From IMG/VR virus record IMGVR_UViG_2737471854_000004, positions 1-49,583 of that record: a stretch of 49,583 nucleotides of DNA; one strand, given 5' to 3'. The notes under the pieces are model-generated. The model worked only from the letters and a program-made list of their open reading frames with translations, did not search any database and was not told the origin of the DNA. The DNA is from a virus. Lineage: Duplodnaviria > Heunggongvirae > Uroviricota > Caudoviricetes. This document shows positions 38,489 through 48,347 of this stretch, one piece after another. Made by a program: the position numbers and the translations under genes. Within the stretch, counting starts at the first letter, position 1; each line of letters begins with the position of its first letter.

Positions 38489-39318
38489 AAGATTTTATTG
38501 GCTATGAAGATACATCTGGCTCTATCGATGCAAAGTTTTATAAACTAATTCGTTCAGTCTCTCAGTATTTAAATCTAAATAGAATTGAAGTTATTTCAAC
38601 CTCAGTTTATCAGGAAGATAGAATCATTGAGGAAGTTGCCAGGAAGTTTTCTAGGCAAATATCTGGTCCAAAAAAAAGAAATCCACGAACTATTAATAAT
38701 GATATTTATGCTGCATTAACCTTATCTGATGACAGCATACACTGCGATGAAAAGGGAGTCGGTCAAATCCCTATGCTAATTACATGGGATGCAACTCAGC
38801 ACACACTCAGGAATATAGTAAGACAAAAAGATAAATATAAAGAATGGTTGGTTTACACTCCCCAAAGAGCAATTGAAAGACTTTCAATGTTAGAAATGAA
38901 AATTGAGAGCTCCGCAATTAAAGATGGTGTTTTAGCAATTATTGATGAGGATTATTTCTTCAAGGAAAACGATTCAAATTTAATCGATACTCTGGCATTG
39001 CTAGTGAAAGATGATTCCCCTGACGCCGGCGCATTAACAACTTTGATAAATAAACTATCGCAAAGGGTAACCGAGGAGTCTTTAGATTCTCAAGATATTG
39101 AAAAAGAAGCATTCAATACTTTAAACGAGATTTTAGTATTTACTTACACTGAGTTTAAAGATAATTTTAGCCAGGTAAAAATTGTTTTCAGTGATGAAAA
39201 ATATACCGACTCAATCTTTGAGATACTAACCTCAACACTTAAGCGACCTTTCGATGATTCTTCTAGAATAGAGTATAAAAATAAAATAGACGAAATAATT
39301 TCAGTTCACTTTGGTTGA
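38449..39318 (+). CDS. 3' part of the same gene in the -1 frame
   Basis: This frame is open from 38449, 324 nt upstream of the annotated Met at 38773, and overlaps the upstream ORF by 40 nt across A6/T6 homopolymers. Confidence 0.4.
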   Translation, partial: KSKPSSYNFENFLEDFIGYEDTSGSIDAKFYKLIRSVSQYLNLNRIEVISTSVYQEDRIIEEVARKFSRQISGPKKRNPRTINNDIYAALTLSDDSIHCDEKGVGQIPMLITWDATQHTLRNIVRQKDKYKEWLVYTPQRAIERLSMLEMKIESSAIKDGVLAIIDEDYFFKENDSNLIDTLALLVKDDSPDAGALTTLINKLSQRVTEESLDSQDIEKEAFNTLNEILVFTYTEFKDNFSQVKIVFSDEKYTDSIFEILTSTLKRPFDDSSRIEYKNKIDEIISVHFG

Positions 39319-39531
39319 CTGTTTGGGGAGAGGGTTCTCCCCAATTAAAGAACTTATTAACAATATCGATAAAGTTGTGAACTGTTCCCCATGGATTGAT
39401 GCAGATAGGTGCTATCAACATCCGCCTTTGGCACAAAGCGGACAACCACGCTAGCTCTACCGACATGGCTTTTCCCATTGCTTTAAGTGCGTCAAAAAAC
39501 AGTCTCCATTAAAATTTCCTCCCGGTAAAAA

Positions 39532-40278
39532 TCACTTCGCAATTCCTGGCTGGACGACATTCGGACGCCAGCTCTCCCAGTTAAAATTCACCCATCGCCC
39601 GCCGTTCATGGTCATGCGATCCATAATCCGCTCGCCGAGCAATGTTTTCATGGCCTCATAGTTCAGGTTTGTCAGCATCCCCACGCTGCGCATCGACGCT
39701 GTCCGGCGATCAACAATCTGGTGCAGTACCACCTGCTCGTTTTTCGTCTCGCGCTGAATGCCAATTTCATCAAGAACCAGCAGATCCACTTCGCACAGTT
39801 CCCGCAAAAATTTTTCGCCTGACTGCCCATCGTCATAGCTGGCGTGCAGGGCACTCATAACATCAGCCACGGTAACCACAATCACTGTCTGACCGTCTTT
39901 CAGCAGGCGATTCCCGATCGCTGCCGCTAAGTGGTTCTTCCCGGTACCAGGTTTTCCGCTAAACGCGAAATTTGTGCATCCGGTAACCAGTTCATCAGCG
40001 ATAGATTTCGCCTGGTTCAACGCGTATCGCTGACCGTCGTTCTGCACCTGGTAATTCGCAAACGAGCATTTGCGGTGCAATGGCTGGATGCCAGAGCGAT
40101 TCAGAATTTTTTCCACCCGCAACTGACGATTCTGACGGTTGATCTCCTCACAACGTTTCTGGCCTTCGGAAAGTTGCCACTCGCGCCACTCCGCTACCGT
40201 TTTGAATGGGGCGGTTACATGTGGCGGGGCCAGTCTGCGGATACGTTCAAGAACGCCGCCTGCCGCAATATTTTTCAT
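39532..40278 (-). CDS. ydaV: DnaC-like replication ATPase (helicase loader)
   Basis: 248 aa; Walker A GKPGTGKNHL and Walker B LLVLDEIG; follows the ydaU-like gene as in Rac. Confidence 0.75.
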   Translation of the reverse strand: MKNIAAGGVLERIRRLAPPHVTAPFKTVAEWREWQLSEGQKRCEEINRQNRQLRVEKILNRSGIQPLHRKCSFANYQVQNDGQRYALNQAKSIADELVTGCTNFAFSGKPGTGKNHLAAAIGNRLLKDGQTVIVVTVADVMSALHASYDDGQSGEKFLRELCEVDLLVLDEIGIQRETKNEQVVLHQIVDRRTASMRSVGMLTNLNYEAMKTLLGERIMDRMTMNGGRWVNFNWESWRPNVVQPGIAK

Positions 40279-40284
40279 GGTCAG

Positions 40285-41091
40285 TTACCCCCTGAAGCCT
40301 GGCGGGATCGCACTATCCGGTAACGAGACGGTGTTAACCTGTCGGAGTAACGTCTCAGGTCGAACACCTTTTGGCGCGAACAAGCCCTGGTATTCATTGG
40401 CGATGCTGTGTCGAATCACCTGCTCAGGTGAAAAACCCTGCTGGCGGAATTTTTCCAGCTCCCGTATCGCCCCGTTAGCGCCCTGCTCCGTTCGAATCGG
40501 TTTACGCAATGCCTGGCGAAATTCAACCCACTCACGCCAGAGCGAGACAGAAATCCAGTTCGGCAAAGCAATATCCAGAGGGTCAAACTTTTTGACACCT
40601 CGATTCCCCCGGGGGGGATTTAGGGGGGGATCTGTTTTTAGATCTTTATCTGTATCTTTATTAGTTGCCTTTGTGTTGGCATCATGTTCAAACACCACTT
40701 CAACATCTGTTTGAACACCTGTTAAATTTCTCTCTTGTTTTGTTTGAACATCTGCTTCCTTTCTGCTTCTTCTGGCCTGAACAGATGCTTTTCCTGCGGC
40801 TGATTTTTTTGTTAATTTTTCCCTGACTGATGCCAGATCTTCCTCAATCCGAAGATGCACCCATTCCTCGCCGTTATCGCAAAAAAACTCCCGCAAGGAT
40901 GGTTCAACATCAGCCCATCGCTCGTTAGTCAGACGGGCAATTTTTGCCAGCCTGTTTTTGGGTATTGGCTTTCCTGTTTGCCAGTAATTGAACATCAGCA
41001 ACAAATACGCACCGTGCTCCTCTGCTGACAAATGCATGGTGTCAGCCAGATAATCAGCTATGTACAGTTGCATGTATGGTAATGCGGCCAT
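40285..41091 (-). CDS. ydaU: Replication protein, YdaU/DUF1376-like
   Basis: Start moved to MAALPYMQLY; N-terminal ...HLSAEEHGAYLLLMFNYWQTG... motif; Rac synteny. Confidence 0.55.
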   Translation of the reverse strand: MAALPYMQLYIADYLADTMHLSAEEHGAYLLLMFNYWQTGKPIPKNRLAKIARLTNERWADVEPSLREFFCDNGEEWVHLRIEEDLASVREKLTKKSAAGKASVQARRSRKEADVQTKQERNLTGVQTDVEVVFEHDANTKATNKDTDKDLKTDPPLNPPRGNRGVKKFDPLDIALPNWISVSLWREWVEFRQALRKPIRTEQGANGAIRELEKFRQQGFSPEQVIRHSIANEYQGLFAPKGVRPETLLRQVNTVSLPDSAIPPGFRG

Positions 41092-41154
41092 AATTGCCCC
41101 GTATGATGCTGCCCGGTTGCTTAGAATAAGCACAAACAGCATGAAAACTTTTGC

Positions 41155-41577
41155 TTAATGAACAATGACAGAATCGTCGGAAGACCCGCCGCCGCTGAAA
41201 TGCGCTTTCCGGTAAACGGCTTGGACTGCATCATCATGCGCATCAATTGCCGTACTTAACGCTTCCTGCGCCGCCAGTAATGCACGGCGCTCCAGGGTAT
41301 CGAAGATGCAGAGTCGGTGACGCAGCTCGCGCGGAAGGATTGCCAGAATTGCTGGGATCAGCTTCTGAATTTTTTCTCTTTGCGTTTTCGTTTCACCTTT
41401 CAACCAACGGTGATAGATATTCTGCTGATTGTTCCAGTCCTTGCCTGGAACCAGGGGCAATTCGCCGCCCCCCTGGCGCAGATATTCTTCAGTAATTGCA
41501 TTGGCTACCCATGCCTGCCCTTTTTCGGCTGCCAGGGCTAACAACACTGATTCGATGTGCTCATGCTTGATTTTCAT
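41155..41577 (-). CDS. ydaT: YdaT-like protein (Rac toxin-like)
   Basis: 140 aa, matches Rac YdaT in length and sequence as I recall it; synteny ydaS-ydaT-ydaU-ydaV. Confidence 0.6.
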   Translation of the reverse strand: MKIKHEHIESVLLALAAEKGQAWVANAITEEYLRQGGGELPLVPGKDWNNQQNIYHRWLKGETKTQREKIQKLIPAILAILPRELRHRLCIFDTLERRALLAAQEALSTAIDAHDDAVQAVYRKAHFSGGGSSDDSVIVH

Positions 41578-41828
41578 GAATCAACTCCCATCTGCTTTTT
41601 CGTAGTAGTTTTATTTCTGCCAATAGTTAAAATTGCATCGGCAGAAAATAATCCGTTTGATGCATGAGCGATTTTTTCAGCGTAATTTGTTTCGCCGGTA
41701 TATTCTGTGCGAGGCAATTTTCCGTTATCCATCCATTTGTAGATTGCTCTTTGGCTGACACCACAAACGTCGGCCACAACAGAAACGCGAACAGTTTTGA
41801 TTACATCTTCAAGTGTTTTCTGGTTCAT
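41574..41828 (-). CDS. ydaS: Cro-like HTH regulator, YdaS-like
   Basis: ORF 41574..41900; start moved to MNQKT; HTH region VADVCGVSQRAIYKW; divergent from the repressor gene. Confidence 0.55.
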   Translation of the reverse strand: MNQKTLEDVIKTVRVSVVADVCGVSQRAIYKWMDNGKLPRTEYTGETNYAEKIAHASNGLFSADAILTIGRNKTTTKKQMGVDS

Positions 41829-41907
41829 ATCACCCTCACAATGTGAACTTTGAGTACATGCTATAACAGAACTGACAGTACATTCAAGAGCGAATATCAT
41901 TGAACTT
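41829..41907. promoter_or_regulatory. Divergent immunity promoter/operator region (racR-like and ydaS-like)
   Basis: 79-bp gap between divergent starts with repeated TGAAC/GTTCA and AGTACAT motifs. Confidence 0.45.
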
Positions 41908-42327
41908 ATGGTTCATGAAGATAAAGCGCGTAAAGAGTTCGCCAGTAGGCTTGCGCTAGCCTGTGAAAACGCTGGTTATGAACAACATGGAAGGCAGGCA
42001 GAAATTGCCCGTCGAATGAAATTAACACCAAAAGCGGTTAGCAAATGGTTTAATGGCGAAACAATTCCTCGCCGAGAGAAATTAAGGGAATTAGCAACAC
42101 TCATTGGAACAACACCAACCTATCTTTTGGGAGAGGATACAGAAGAAAGTGGACAGGTACGTTTCTATCAGGAGTTAAATCCAAGACAAAAAATCATCAT
42201 TGACCTTCTGGACGAGCTCCCTGACAGTGAGACAGATGAACTTTTAAAAACTCTTGAGGAGAAAAAACAGAAGTACAATGCAATTTACGAAGAGTTAGCA
42301 CGAAAGAAAAAACAAAAAGCCTCTTAA
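41908..42327 (+). CDS. racR: Prophage repressor (XRE-family HTH), RacR-like
   Basis: 139 aa; HTH MKLTPKAVSKWFNGETIP; divergent from the cro-like gene; Rac synteny. True start may lie upstream at a non-ATG codon. Confidence 0.5.
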   Translation: MVHEDKARKEFASRLALACENAGYEQHGRQAEIARRMKLTPKAVSKWFNGETIPRREKLRELATLIGTTPTYLLGEDTEESGQVRFYQELNPRQKIIIDLLDELPDSETDELLKTLEEKKQKYNAIYEELARKKKQKAS

Positions 42328-42614
42328 ACCAGCATAAATCCGGTAGCGTCCCCCTCCGGGTTTGTGCTTCACTTTATCCCATCTCATTTTTTTACACACA
42401 AAATGTACTTAAAGTACTTTACAACAATGAACACAAAGTACATTATATACCTATCAACCCACCCCGCCCCACAGAACGCAGGGCAATACTTCGAGTTACC
42501 AGGCAGTGGTAAGGGGTTAAGTAGCCAGCCCGAGGCGTATGAACATGACGGCGGGATTCAAATTTTGCAGTGCAGCAGTTAGTTCCGCCACCCGGCGTTA
42601 AGGGGAGAGATAAG

Positions 42615-42749
42615 ATGGTGCATTACGAAGTAGTTCAGTATTTGATGGATTGTTGCGGCATCACTTACAACCAGGCTGTGCAGGCTTTACGCAGCAACGA
42701 CTGGGATCTCTGGCAGGCAGAAGCCTCTATCCGCAACAACAAGATGTGA
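42615..42749 (+). CDS. ydaG: Rac prophage small protein YdaG
   Basis: 44 aa, MVHYEVVQYLMDCCGITYNQAVQALRSNDWDLWQAEASIRNNKM; not in the ORF track because it is under 60 aa. Confidence 0.6.
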   Translation: MVHYEVVQYLMDCCGITYNQAVQALRSNDWDLWQAEASIRNNKM

Positions 42750-42759
42750 GGTGCGAAAA

Positions 42760-42912
42760 ATGCAAAAAATCGACCTCGGCAATAACGAATCCATGGTGTG
42801 CGGCGTGTTCCCCAACCAAGATGGAACGTTCACTGCTATGACGTATACCAAAAGCAAAACATTTAAAACAGAAACAGGCGCACGTCGCTGGCTTGCCAGA
42901 AATACTTGCTAA
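42760..42912 (+). CDS. ydaF: Rac prophage small protein YdaF
   Basis: 50 aa, MQKIDLGNNESMVCGVFPNQDGTFTAMTYTKSKTFKTETGARRWLARNTC. Confidence 0.6.
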   Translation: MQKIDLGNNESMVCGVFPNQDGTFTAMTYTKSKTFKTETGARRWLARNTC

Positions 42913-43333
42913 TCCATTATTTGGATTAATTCAATATTCTCGCTGTAGGGGTATAGCAGAAACCACCAAAGCCCGGAGGTGGTGAAATAAAACCGGACAC
43001 AACACGAAGGCGCATTTCCGATATCCATAAAGAGTCGGTCTTGTCTGTTAAATTTAAATGGTGGGAGTGCGCCTCCGGTTGTAAATAACGACATTGCTGT
43101 GTGTAGTCCTGGCGGCATCAGTTTTTTTCTTGAAGTTCGGCTGATGTCCGCCCTTTTTAAAGTGAATTTTGTGATGCGGTGAATGCGGCTAAGCGCACGT
43201 GGCACAGTTAAAAGTCATGTTAGTCCTTATTGGTTTGGGTGGGAAAGCCGACTGTAATTGTTAACTGGTTGCAGTCACCTGGAGGCACCAGGCACCGCAT
43301 CAACAAAGTTCATTTGTAAAAATGGAGATAATT

Positions 43334-43555
43334 ATGATTGCACATCACTTCGGAACTGATGAAATACCACGTCAGTGTGTGACTCCTGGCGATTATGTTC
43401 TTCATGAAGGCCGGACGTATATTGCCTCGGCAAACAATATTAAAAAGCGAAAACTATATATTCGTAACCTGACCACAAAAACATGCATTACTGACCGCAT
43501 GATTAAAGTCTTCCTCGGTCGTGATGGTTTACCTGTAAAGGCGGAGTCATGGTGA
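43334..43555 (+). CDS. kilR: Cell-division inhibitor KilR
   Basis: 73 aa from [14 protein letters not shown]..., matching Rac KilR as I recall it. Confidence 0.7.
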   Translation: MIAHHFGTDEIPRQCVTPGDYVLHEGRTYIASANNIKKRKLYIRNLTTKTCITDRMIKVFLGRDGLPVKAESW

Positions 43556-43726
43556 TGACTAAGAAAATAAAATGTGCTTACCACCTTTGCAAAAAAGACG
43601 TTGAAGAAAGCAAAGCTATTGAAAGAATGCTTCACTTCATGCACGGGATTTTATCAAAAGACGAACCGAGAAAATATTGCAGTGAAGCTTGTGCCGAAAA
43701 AGACCAGATGGCACATGAACTTTAAT
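43556..43726 (+). CDS. ydaE: Small Cys-rich protein YdaE
   Basis: 56 aa, [14 protein letters not shown]...YCSEACAEKDQMAHEL; below the ORF-track size cutoff. Confidence 0.6.
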
Positions 43727-43799
43727 TAATTGACTATTCGAAACTGAATTTATGCCAGAAATGGCAGGTATTCGCTCAACCTTAATTAAGGAGAAAAAC

Positions 43800-44075
43800 A
43801 TGATTACCAATTATGAAGCCACTGTTGTAACTACCGATGACATTGTTCACGAGGTGAATCTGGAAGGAAAGCGCATTGGCTACGTAATTAAAACAGAAAA
43901 TAAAGAAACCCCATTCACTGTGGTTGATATCGATGGTCCATCAGGCAACGTAAAAACACTTGATGAAGGTGTCAAAAAAATGTGCCTGGTGCATATCGGA
44001 AAGAATCTGCCCGCAGAAAAAAAAGCCGAATTTCTGGCAACTCTAATTGCAATGAAATTAAAAGGTGAAATCTGA
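43800..44075 (+). CDS. racC: RacC
   Basis: ORF 43752..44075; start moved to MITNYEATVV after AAGGAG RBS; immediately upstream of recE. Confidence 0.65.
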   Translation: MITNYEATVVTTDDIVHEVNLEGKRIGYVIKTENKETPFTVVDIDGPSGNVKTLDEGVKKMCLVHIGKNLPAEKKAEFLATLIAMKLKGEI

Positions 44076-44176
44076 AAGAAATAGCCTGCGTATGGCGCAG
44101 GCTATGAACAGTGTGTATCCGGCAAGATCATTCACTGAACAAAACGAATTTTAATCTGAGTTGAGGTTAAAAAACA

Positions 44177-46798
44177 ATGAGCACAAAACCACTCTTCCTG
44201 TTACGGAAAGCGAAAAAATCATCCGGTGAACCTGACGTCGTCCTGTGGGCAAGCAACGATTTTGAATCGACCTGTGCCACTCTGGACTACCTGATCGTTA
44301 AGTCAGGTAAAAAACTGAGCAGCTATTTTAAAGCTGTTGCCACGAATTTTCCTGTCGTTAATGACCTGCCCGCTGAAGGTGAGATCGATTTTACCTGGAG
44401 TGAACGCTATCAACTCAGCAAAGACTCCATGACATGGGAACTAAAACCGGGAGCAGCACCAGACAACGCTCACTATCAAGGCAATACCAACGTCAACGGC
44501 GAAGACATGACTGAGATTGAGGAGAATATGCTACTCCCAATTTCTGGCCAGGAACTGCCCATTCGTTGGCTTGCTCAACACGGCAGCGAAAAACCGGTAA
44601 CGCACGTTTCACGCGACGGACTCCAGGCATTACACATTGCTCGGGCTGAAGAACTACCGGCTGTTACTGCCCTGGCTGTTTCCCACAAAACCAGCCTGCT
44701 CGACCCGCTGGAAATTCGCGAACTCCACAAACTGGTTCGTGACACTGACAAAGTTTTCCCTAATCCTGGTAATTCAAACCTGGGACTGATAACTGCTTTT
44801 TTCGAAGCATACCTGAACGCTGACTACACCGATCGAGGACTGCTGACAAAAGAGTGGATGAAGGGTAATCGTGTTTCACACATCACTCGCACGGCTTCCG
44901 GTGCTAATGCTGGCGGCGGAAACCTCACCGATCGCGGCGAAGGTTTCGTACACGATCTGACGTCACTGGCGCGCGACGTAGCCACTGGCGTACTGGCCCG
45001 CTCAATGGATCTGGACATCTATAACCTTCATCCGGCACACGCTAAACGCATTGAGGAAATTATCGCTGAAAATAAACTGCCCTTTTCTGTTTTCCGCGAC
45101 AAATTCATCACCATGCCTGGCGGGCTGGATTATTCCCGCGCCATCGTGGTTGCGTCCGTAAAAGAAGCACCAATTGGGATCGAGGTCATCCCCGCGCACG
45201 TCACTGAATATCTGAACAAAGTACTGACTGAAACCGATCATGCCAACCCTGATCCGGAAATCGTGGATATTGCCTGCGGTCGCTCCTCTGCCCCAATACC
45301 GCAGCGAGTAACAGAAGAAGGAAAACAGGATGATGAAGAAAAACCGCAACCATCTGGAACAACGGCAGATGAACAGGGAGAGGCTGAAACAATGGAACCG
45401 GACGCAACTAAACATCATCAGGACACGCAGCCGCTGGATGCTCAGTCACAGGTAAATTCTGTTGATGCGAAATATCAGGAACTGCGGGCAGAACTCCATA
45501 AAGCCCGGAAAAACATTCCATCAAAAAATCCTGTCGATGCCGATAAATTGCTTGCTGCATCACGTGGTGAATTTGTTGACGGAATTAGCGACCCGAACAA
45601 TCCGAAATGGGTTAAGGGGATCCAGACTCGCGATTCTGTGTACCAGAACCAGCCAGAAACGGAACAAAACACGCCAGAAACGGAAAAAACCAGCCCGGAT
45701 GTGAAACAACCTGAGCCAGTAGTGCAACAGGAACCGGAAATAGTCTGCAATGCCTGCGGTCAGACTGGCGGGGATAACTGCCCTGACTGTGGTGCGGTGA
45801 TGGGCGACGCAACATACCAGGAAACATTCGATGAAGAGAATCAGGTTGAAGCTAAGGAAAATGATCCGGAGGAAATGGAAGGCGCTGAACATCCGCACAA
45901 TGAGAATGCTGGCAGCGATCCGCATCACGATTGCAGTGATGAAACTGGCGAAGTCGCAGATCCCGTAATCGTAGAAGACATAGAGCCAGGTATTTATTAC
46001 GGAATTTCGAATGAGAATTACCACGCGGGTCCCGGTGTCAGTAAGTCTCAGCTCGACGACATTGCTGATACTCCGGCACTGTATTTGTGGCGTAAAAATG
46101 CCCCCGTGGACACCACAAAGACAAAAACGCTCGATTTAGGAACCGCTTTCCACTGCCGGGTACTTGAACCGGAAGAATTCAGTAACCGCTTTATCGTAGC
46201 ACCTGAATTTAACCGCCGTACAAACGCCGGAAAAGAAGAAGAGAAAGCGTTTCTGATGGAATGCGCAAGCACAGGAAAAACGGTTATCACTGCGGAAGAA
46301 GGCTGGAAAATTGAACTCATGTATCAAAGCGTTATGGCTTTGCCGCTGGGGCAATGGCTTGTTGAAAGCGTCGGACACGCTGAATCATCAATTTACTGGG
46401 AAGATCCTGAAACAGGAATTTTGTGTCGGTGCCGTCCGGACAAAATTATCCCTGAATTTCACTGGATTATGGACGTGAAAACTACGGCGGATATTCAACG
46501 ATTCAAAACCGCTTATTACGACTACCGCTATCACGTTCAGGATGCATTCTACAGTGACGGTTATGAAGCACAGTTTGGAGTGCAGCCAACTTTCGTTTTT
46601 CTGGTTGCCAGCACAACTATTGAATGCGGACGTTATCCGGTTGAAATTTTCATGATGGGCGAAGAAGCAAAACTGGCAGGTCAGCTGGAATATCACCGCA
46701 ATCTGCGAACCCTGGCTGACTGCCTCAATACCGATGAATGGCCAGCTATTAAGACGTTATCACTGCCCCGCTGGGCTAAGGAATATGCAAATGACTAA
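44177..46798 (+). CDS. recE: Exodeoxyribonuclease VIII (RecE)
   Basis: 873 aa; N-terminus [30 protein letters not shown] and C-terminal nuclease domain match RecE; followed by recT. Confidence 0.9.
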   Translation: MSTKPLFLLRKAKKSSGEPDVVLWASNDFESTCATLDYLIVKSGKKLSSYFKAVATNFPVVNDLPAEGEIDFTWSERYQLSKDSMTWELKPGAAPDNAHYQGNTNVNGEDMTEIEENMLLPISGQELPIRWLAQHGSEKPVTHVSRDGLQALHIARAEELPAVTALAVSHKTSLLDPLEIRELHKLVRDTDKVFPNPGNSNLGLITAFFEAYLNADYTDRGLLTKEWMKGNRVSHITRTASGANAGGGNLTDRGEGFVHDLTSLARDVATGVLARSMDLDIYNLHPAHAKRIEEIIAENKLPFSVFRDKFITMPGGLDYSRAIVVASVKEAPIGIEVIPAHVTEYLNKVLTETDHANPDPEIVDIACGRSSAPIPQRVTEEGKQDDEEKPQPSGTTADEQGEAETMEPDATKHHQDTQPLDAQSQVNSVDAKYQELRAELHKARKNIPSKNPVDADKLLAASRGEFVDGISDPNNPKWVKGIQTRDSVYQNQPETEQNTPETEKTSPDVKQPEPVVQQEPEIVCNACGQTGGDNCPDCGAVMGDATYQETFDEENQVEAKENDPEEMEGAEHPHNENAGSDPHHDCSDETGEVADPVIVEDIEPGIYYGISNENYHAGPGVSKSQLDDIADTPALYLWRKNAPVDTTKTKTLDLGTAFHCRVLEPEEFSNRFIVAPEFNRRTNAGKEEEKAFLMECASTGKTVITAEEGWKIELMYQSVMALPLGQWLVESVGHAESSIYWEDPETGILCRCRPDKIIPEFHWIMDVKTTADIQRFKTAYYDYRYHVQDAFYSDGYEAQFGVQPTFVFLVASTTIECGRYPVEIFMMGEEAKLAGQLEYHRNLRTLADCLNTDEWPAIKTLSLPRWAKEYAND

Positions 46799-47600
46799 GC
46801 AACCACCAATCGCAAAAGCCGATCTGCAAAAAACTCAGGGAAACCGTGCACCAGCAGCAATTAAAAATAATGACGTGATTAGTTTTATTAACCAGCCATC
46901 AATGAAAGAGCAACTGGCAGCAGCTCTTCCACGCCATATGACGGCTGAACGTATGATCCGTATCGCCACCACAGAAATTCGTAAAGTTCCGGCGTTAGGA
47001 AACTGTGACACTATGAGTTTTGTCAGTGCAATCGTACAGTGTTCACAGCTCGGACTTGAGCCCGGTAGCGCCCTCGGTCATGCATATTTACTGCCTTTTG
47101 GTAATAAAAACGAAAAGAGCGGTAAAAAAAACGTTCAGCTAATCATTGGCTATCGCGGCATGATTGATCTGGCTCGCCGTTCAGGTCAAATCGCCAGCCT
47201 GTCAGCCCGTGTTGTCCGTGAAGGTGACAAGTTTAATTTCGAATTTGGCCTTGATGAAAAGTTAATACACCGCCCAGGAGAAAACGAAGATGCCCCGGTT
47301 ACCCACGTCTATGCTGTCGCAAGACTGAAAGACGGAGGTACTCAGTTTGAAGTTATGACGCGCAAACAGATTGAGCTGGTGCGCAGCCAGAGTAAAGCTG
47401 GTAATAACGGGCCGTGGGTAACTCACTGGGAAGAAATGGCAAAGAAAACGGCTATTCGTCGCCTGTTCAAATATCTGCCCGTATCAATTGAGATCCAGCG
47501 TGCAGTATCAATGGATGAAAAGGAACCACTGACAATCGATCCTGCAGATTCCTCTGTATTAACCGGGGAATACAGTGTAATCGATAATTCAGAGGAATAA
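46791..47600 (+). CDS. recT: Single-strand annealing recombinase RecT
   Basis: 269 aa from [17 protein letters not shown]..., essentially the RecT sequence; 8-nt overlap with recE. Confidence 0.9.
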   Translation: MTKQPPIAKADLQKTQGNRAPAAIKNNDVISFINQPSMKEQLAAALPRHMTAERMIRIATTEIRKVPALGNCDTMSFVSAIVQCSQLGLEPGSALGHAYLLPFGNKNEKSGKKNVQLIIGYRGMIDLARRSGQIASLSARVVREGDKFNFEFGLDEKLIHRPGENEDAPVTHVYAVARLKDGGTQFEVMTRKQIELVRSQSKAGNNGPWVTHWEEMAKKTAIRRLFKYLPVSIEIQRAVSMDEKEPLTIDPADSSVLTGEYSVIDNSEE

Positions 47601-47655
47601 TTCAGCCTGGCGGTGTAATGCACCGCGAACTTGAAATATTTTTATGAGAAAAGTT

Positions 47656-47850
47656 ATGAGATATGACAATGTTAAACCATGTCCATTTTGTGGTTGTCCA
47701 TCAGTAACGGTGAAAGCCATTTCAGGATATTACCGAGCGAAGTGTAACGGATGCGAATCCCGAACCGGTTATGGTGGAAGTGAAAAAGAAGCACTCGAAA
47801 GATGGAATAAACGAACCACTGGAAATAATAATGGAGGTGTTCATGTATAA
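47656..47850 (+). CDS. ralR: Restriction-alleviation / type I toxin RalR (Lar)
   Basis: 64 aa, MRYDNVKPCPFCGCPSVTVKAISGYYRAKCNGCESRTGYGG...; ORF track extends 4 codons upstream. Confidence 0.8.
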   Translation: MRYDNVKPCPFCGCPSVTVKAISGYYRAKCNGCESRTGYGGSEKEALERWNKRTTGNNNGGVHV

Positions 47851-48031
47851 AATTACCGCCACTATTGAAAAGGAAGGTGGCACTCCTACTAACTGGACAA
47901 GATATTCAAAATCTAAACTAACGAAATCAGAATGCGAAAAAATGCTCTCAGGTAAAAAAGAAGCAGGCGTTTCCAGAGAGCAGAAAGTAAAACTGATTAA
48001 TTTTAATTGCGAGAAACTTCAGTCCTCGTGA
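47843..48031 (+). CDS. ydaC: Rac prophage protein YdaC
   Basis: 62 aa from MYKITATIEKEGG... after GGAGGTG RBS; overlaps the ralR stop. Confidence 0.6.
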   Translation: MYKITATIEKEGGTPTNWTRYSKSKLTKSECEKMLSGKKEAGVSREQKVKLINFNCEKLQSS

Positions 48032-48130
48032 ATTGCATTGTATTCAAATTAAAACTTCATAGCTGATTATTAATAATCAACATCGGGCGTCAATTTCAGT
48101 CTAACATTGGCGCCTGCCAGAGGTGATGCG

Positions 48131-48346
48131 ATGGCACAAGTAATCTTTAATGAAGAGTGGATGGTTGAATACGGCCTGATGCTTCGCACTGGTCTGGGGG
48201 CCAGACAAATTGAAGCATACCGCCAGAACTGTTGGGTGGAGGGCTTCCACTTCAAACGAGTATCTCCTTTAGGTAAGCCAGACAGCAAACGAGGGATTAT
48301 CTGGTACAACTATCCAAAGATAAATCAGTTTATCAAAGACTCATGA
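48131..48346 (+). CDS. xisR: Excisionase XisR (YdaQ)
   Basis: 71 aa from [31 protein letters not shown]...; immediately upstream of the integrase. Confidence 0.75.
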   Translation: MAQVIFNEEWMVEYGLMLRTGLGARQIEAYRQNCWVEGFHFKRVSPLGKPDSKRGIIWYNYPKINQFIKDS

Positions 48347-48347
48347 T

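Noticed and set aside
39263-39478. 71-aa - strand ORF just downstream of the ydaV-like gene as an intact gene
   Set aside because: Only the N-terminal part looks protein-like; the rest runs into AT-rich island sequence, so it is more likely a truncated remnant at the island boundary.
42650-42841. 63-aa + strand ORF from the ORF track
   Set aside because: It is out of frame with, and overlaps, the two short genes I recognise as ydaG and ydaF, which have proper RBSs.
42909-43205. 98-aa - strand ORF at the position where a sieB-type exclusion gene might be expected
   Set aside because: The translation has no membrane-protein character and no RBS; the region looks non-coding or degraded.
45002-46378. 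Multiple - strand ORFs (68-154 aa) inside recE
   Set aside because: All are embedded antisense within the well-supported recE coding sequence and have low-complexity composition.
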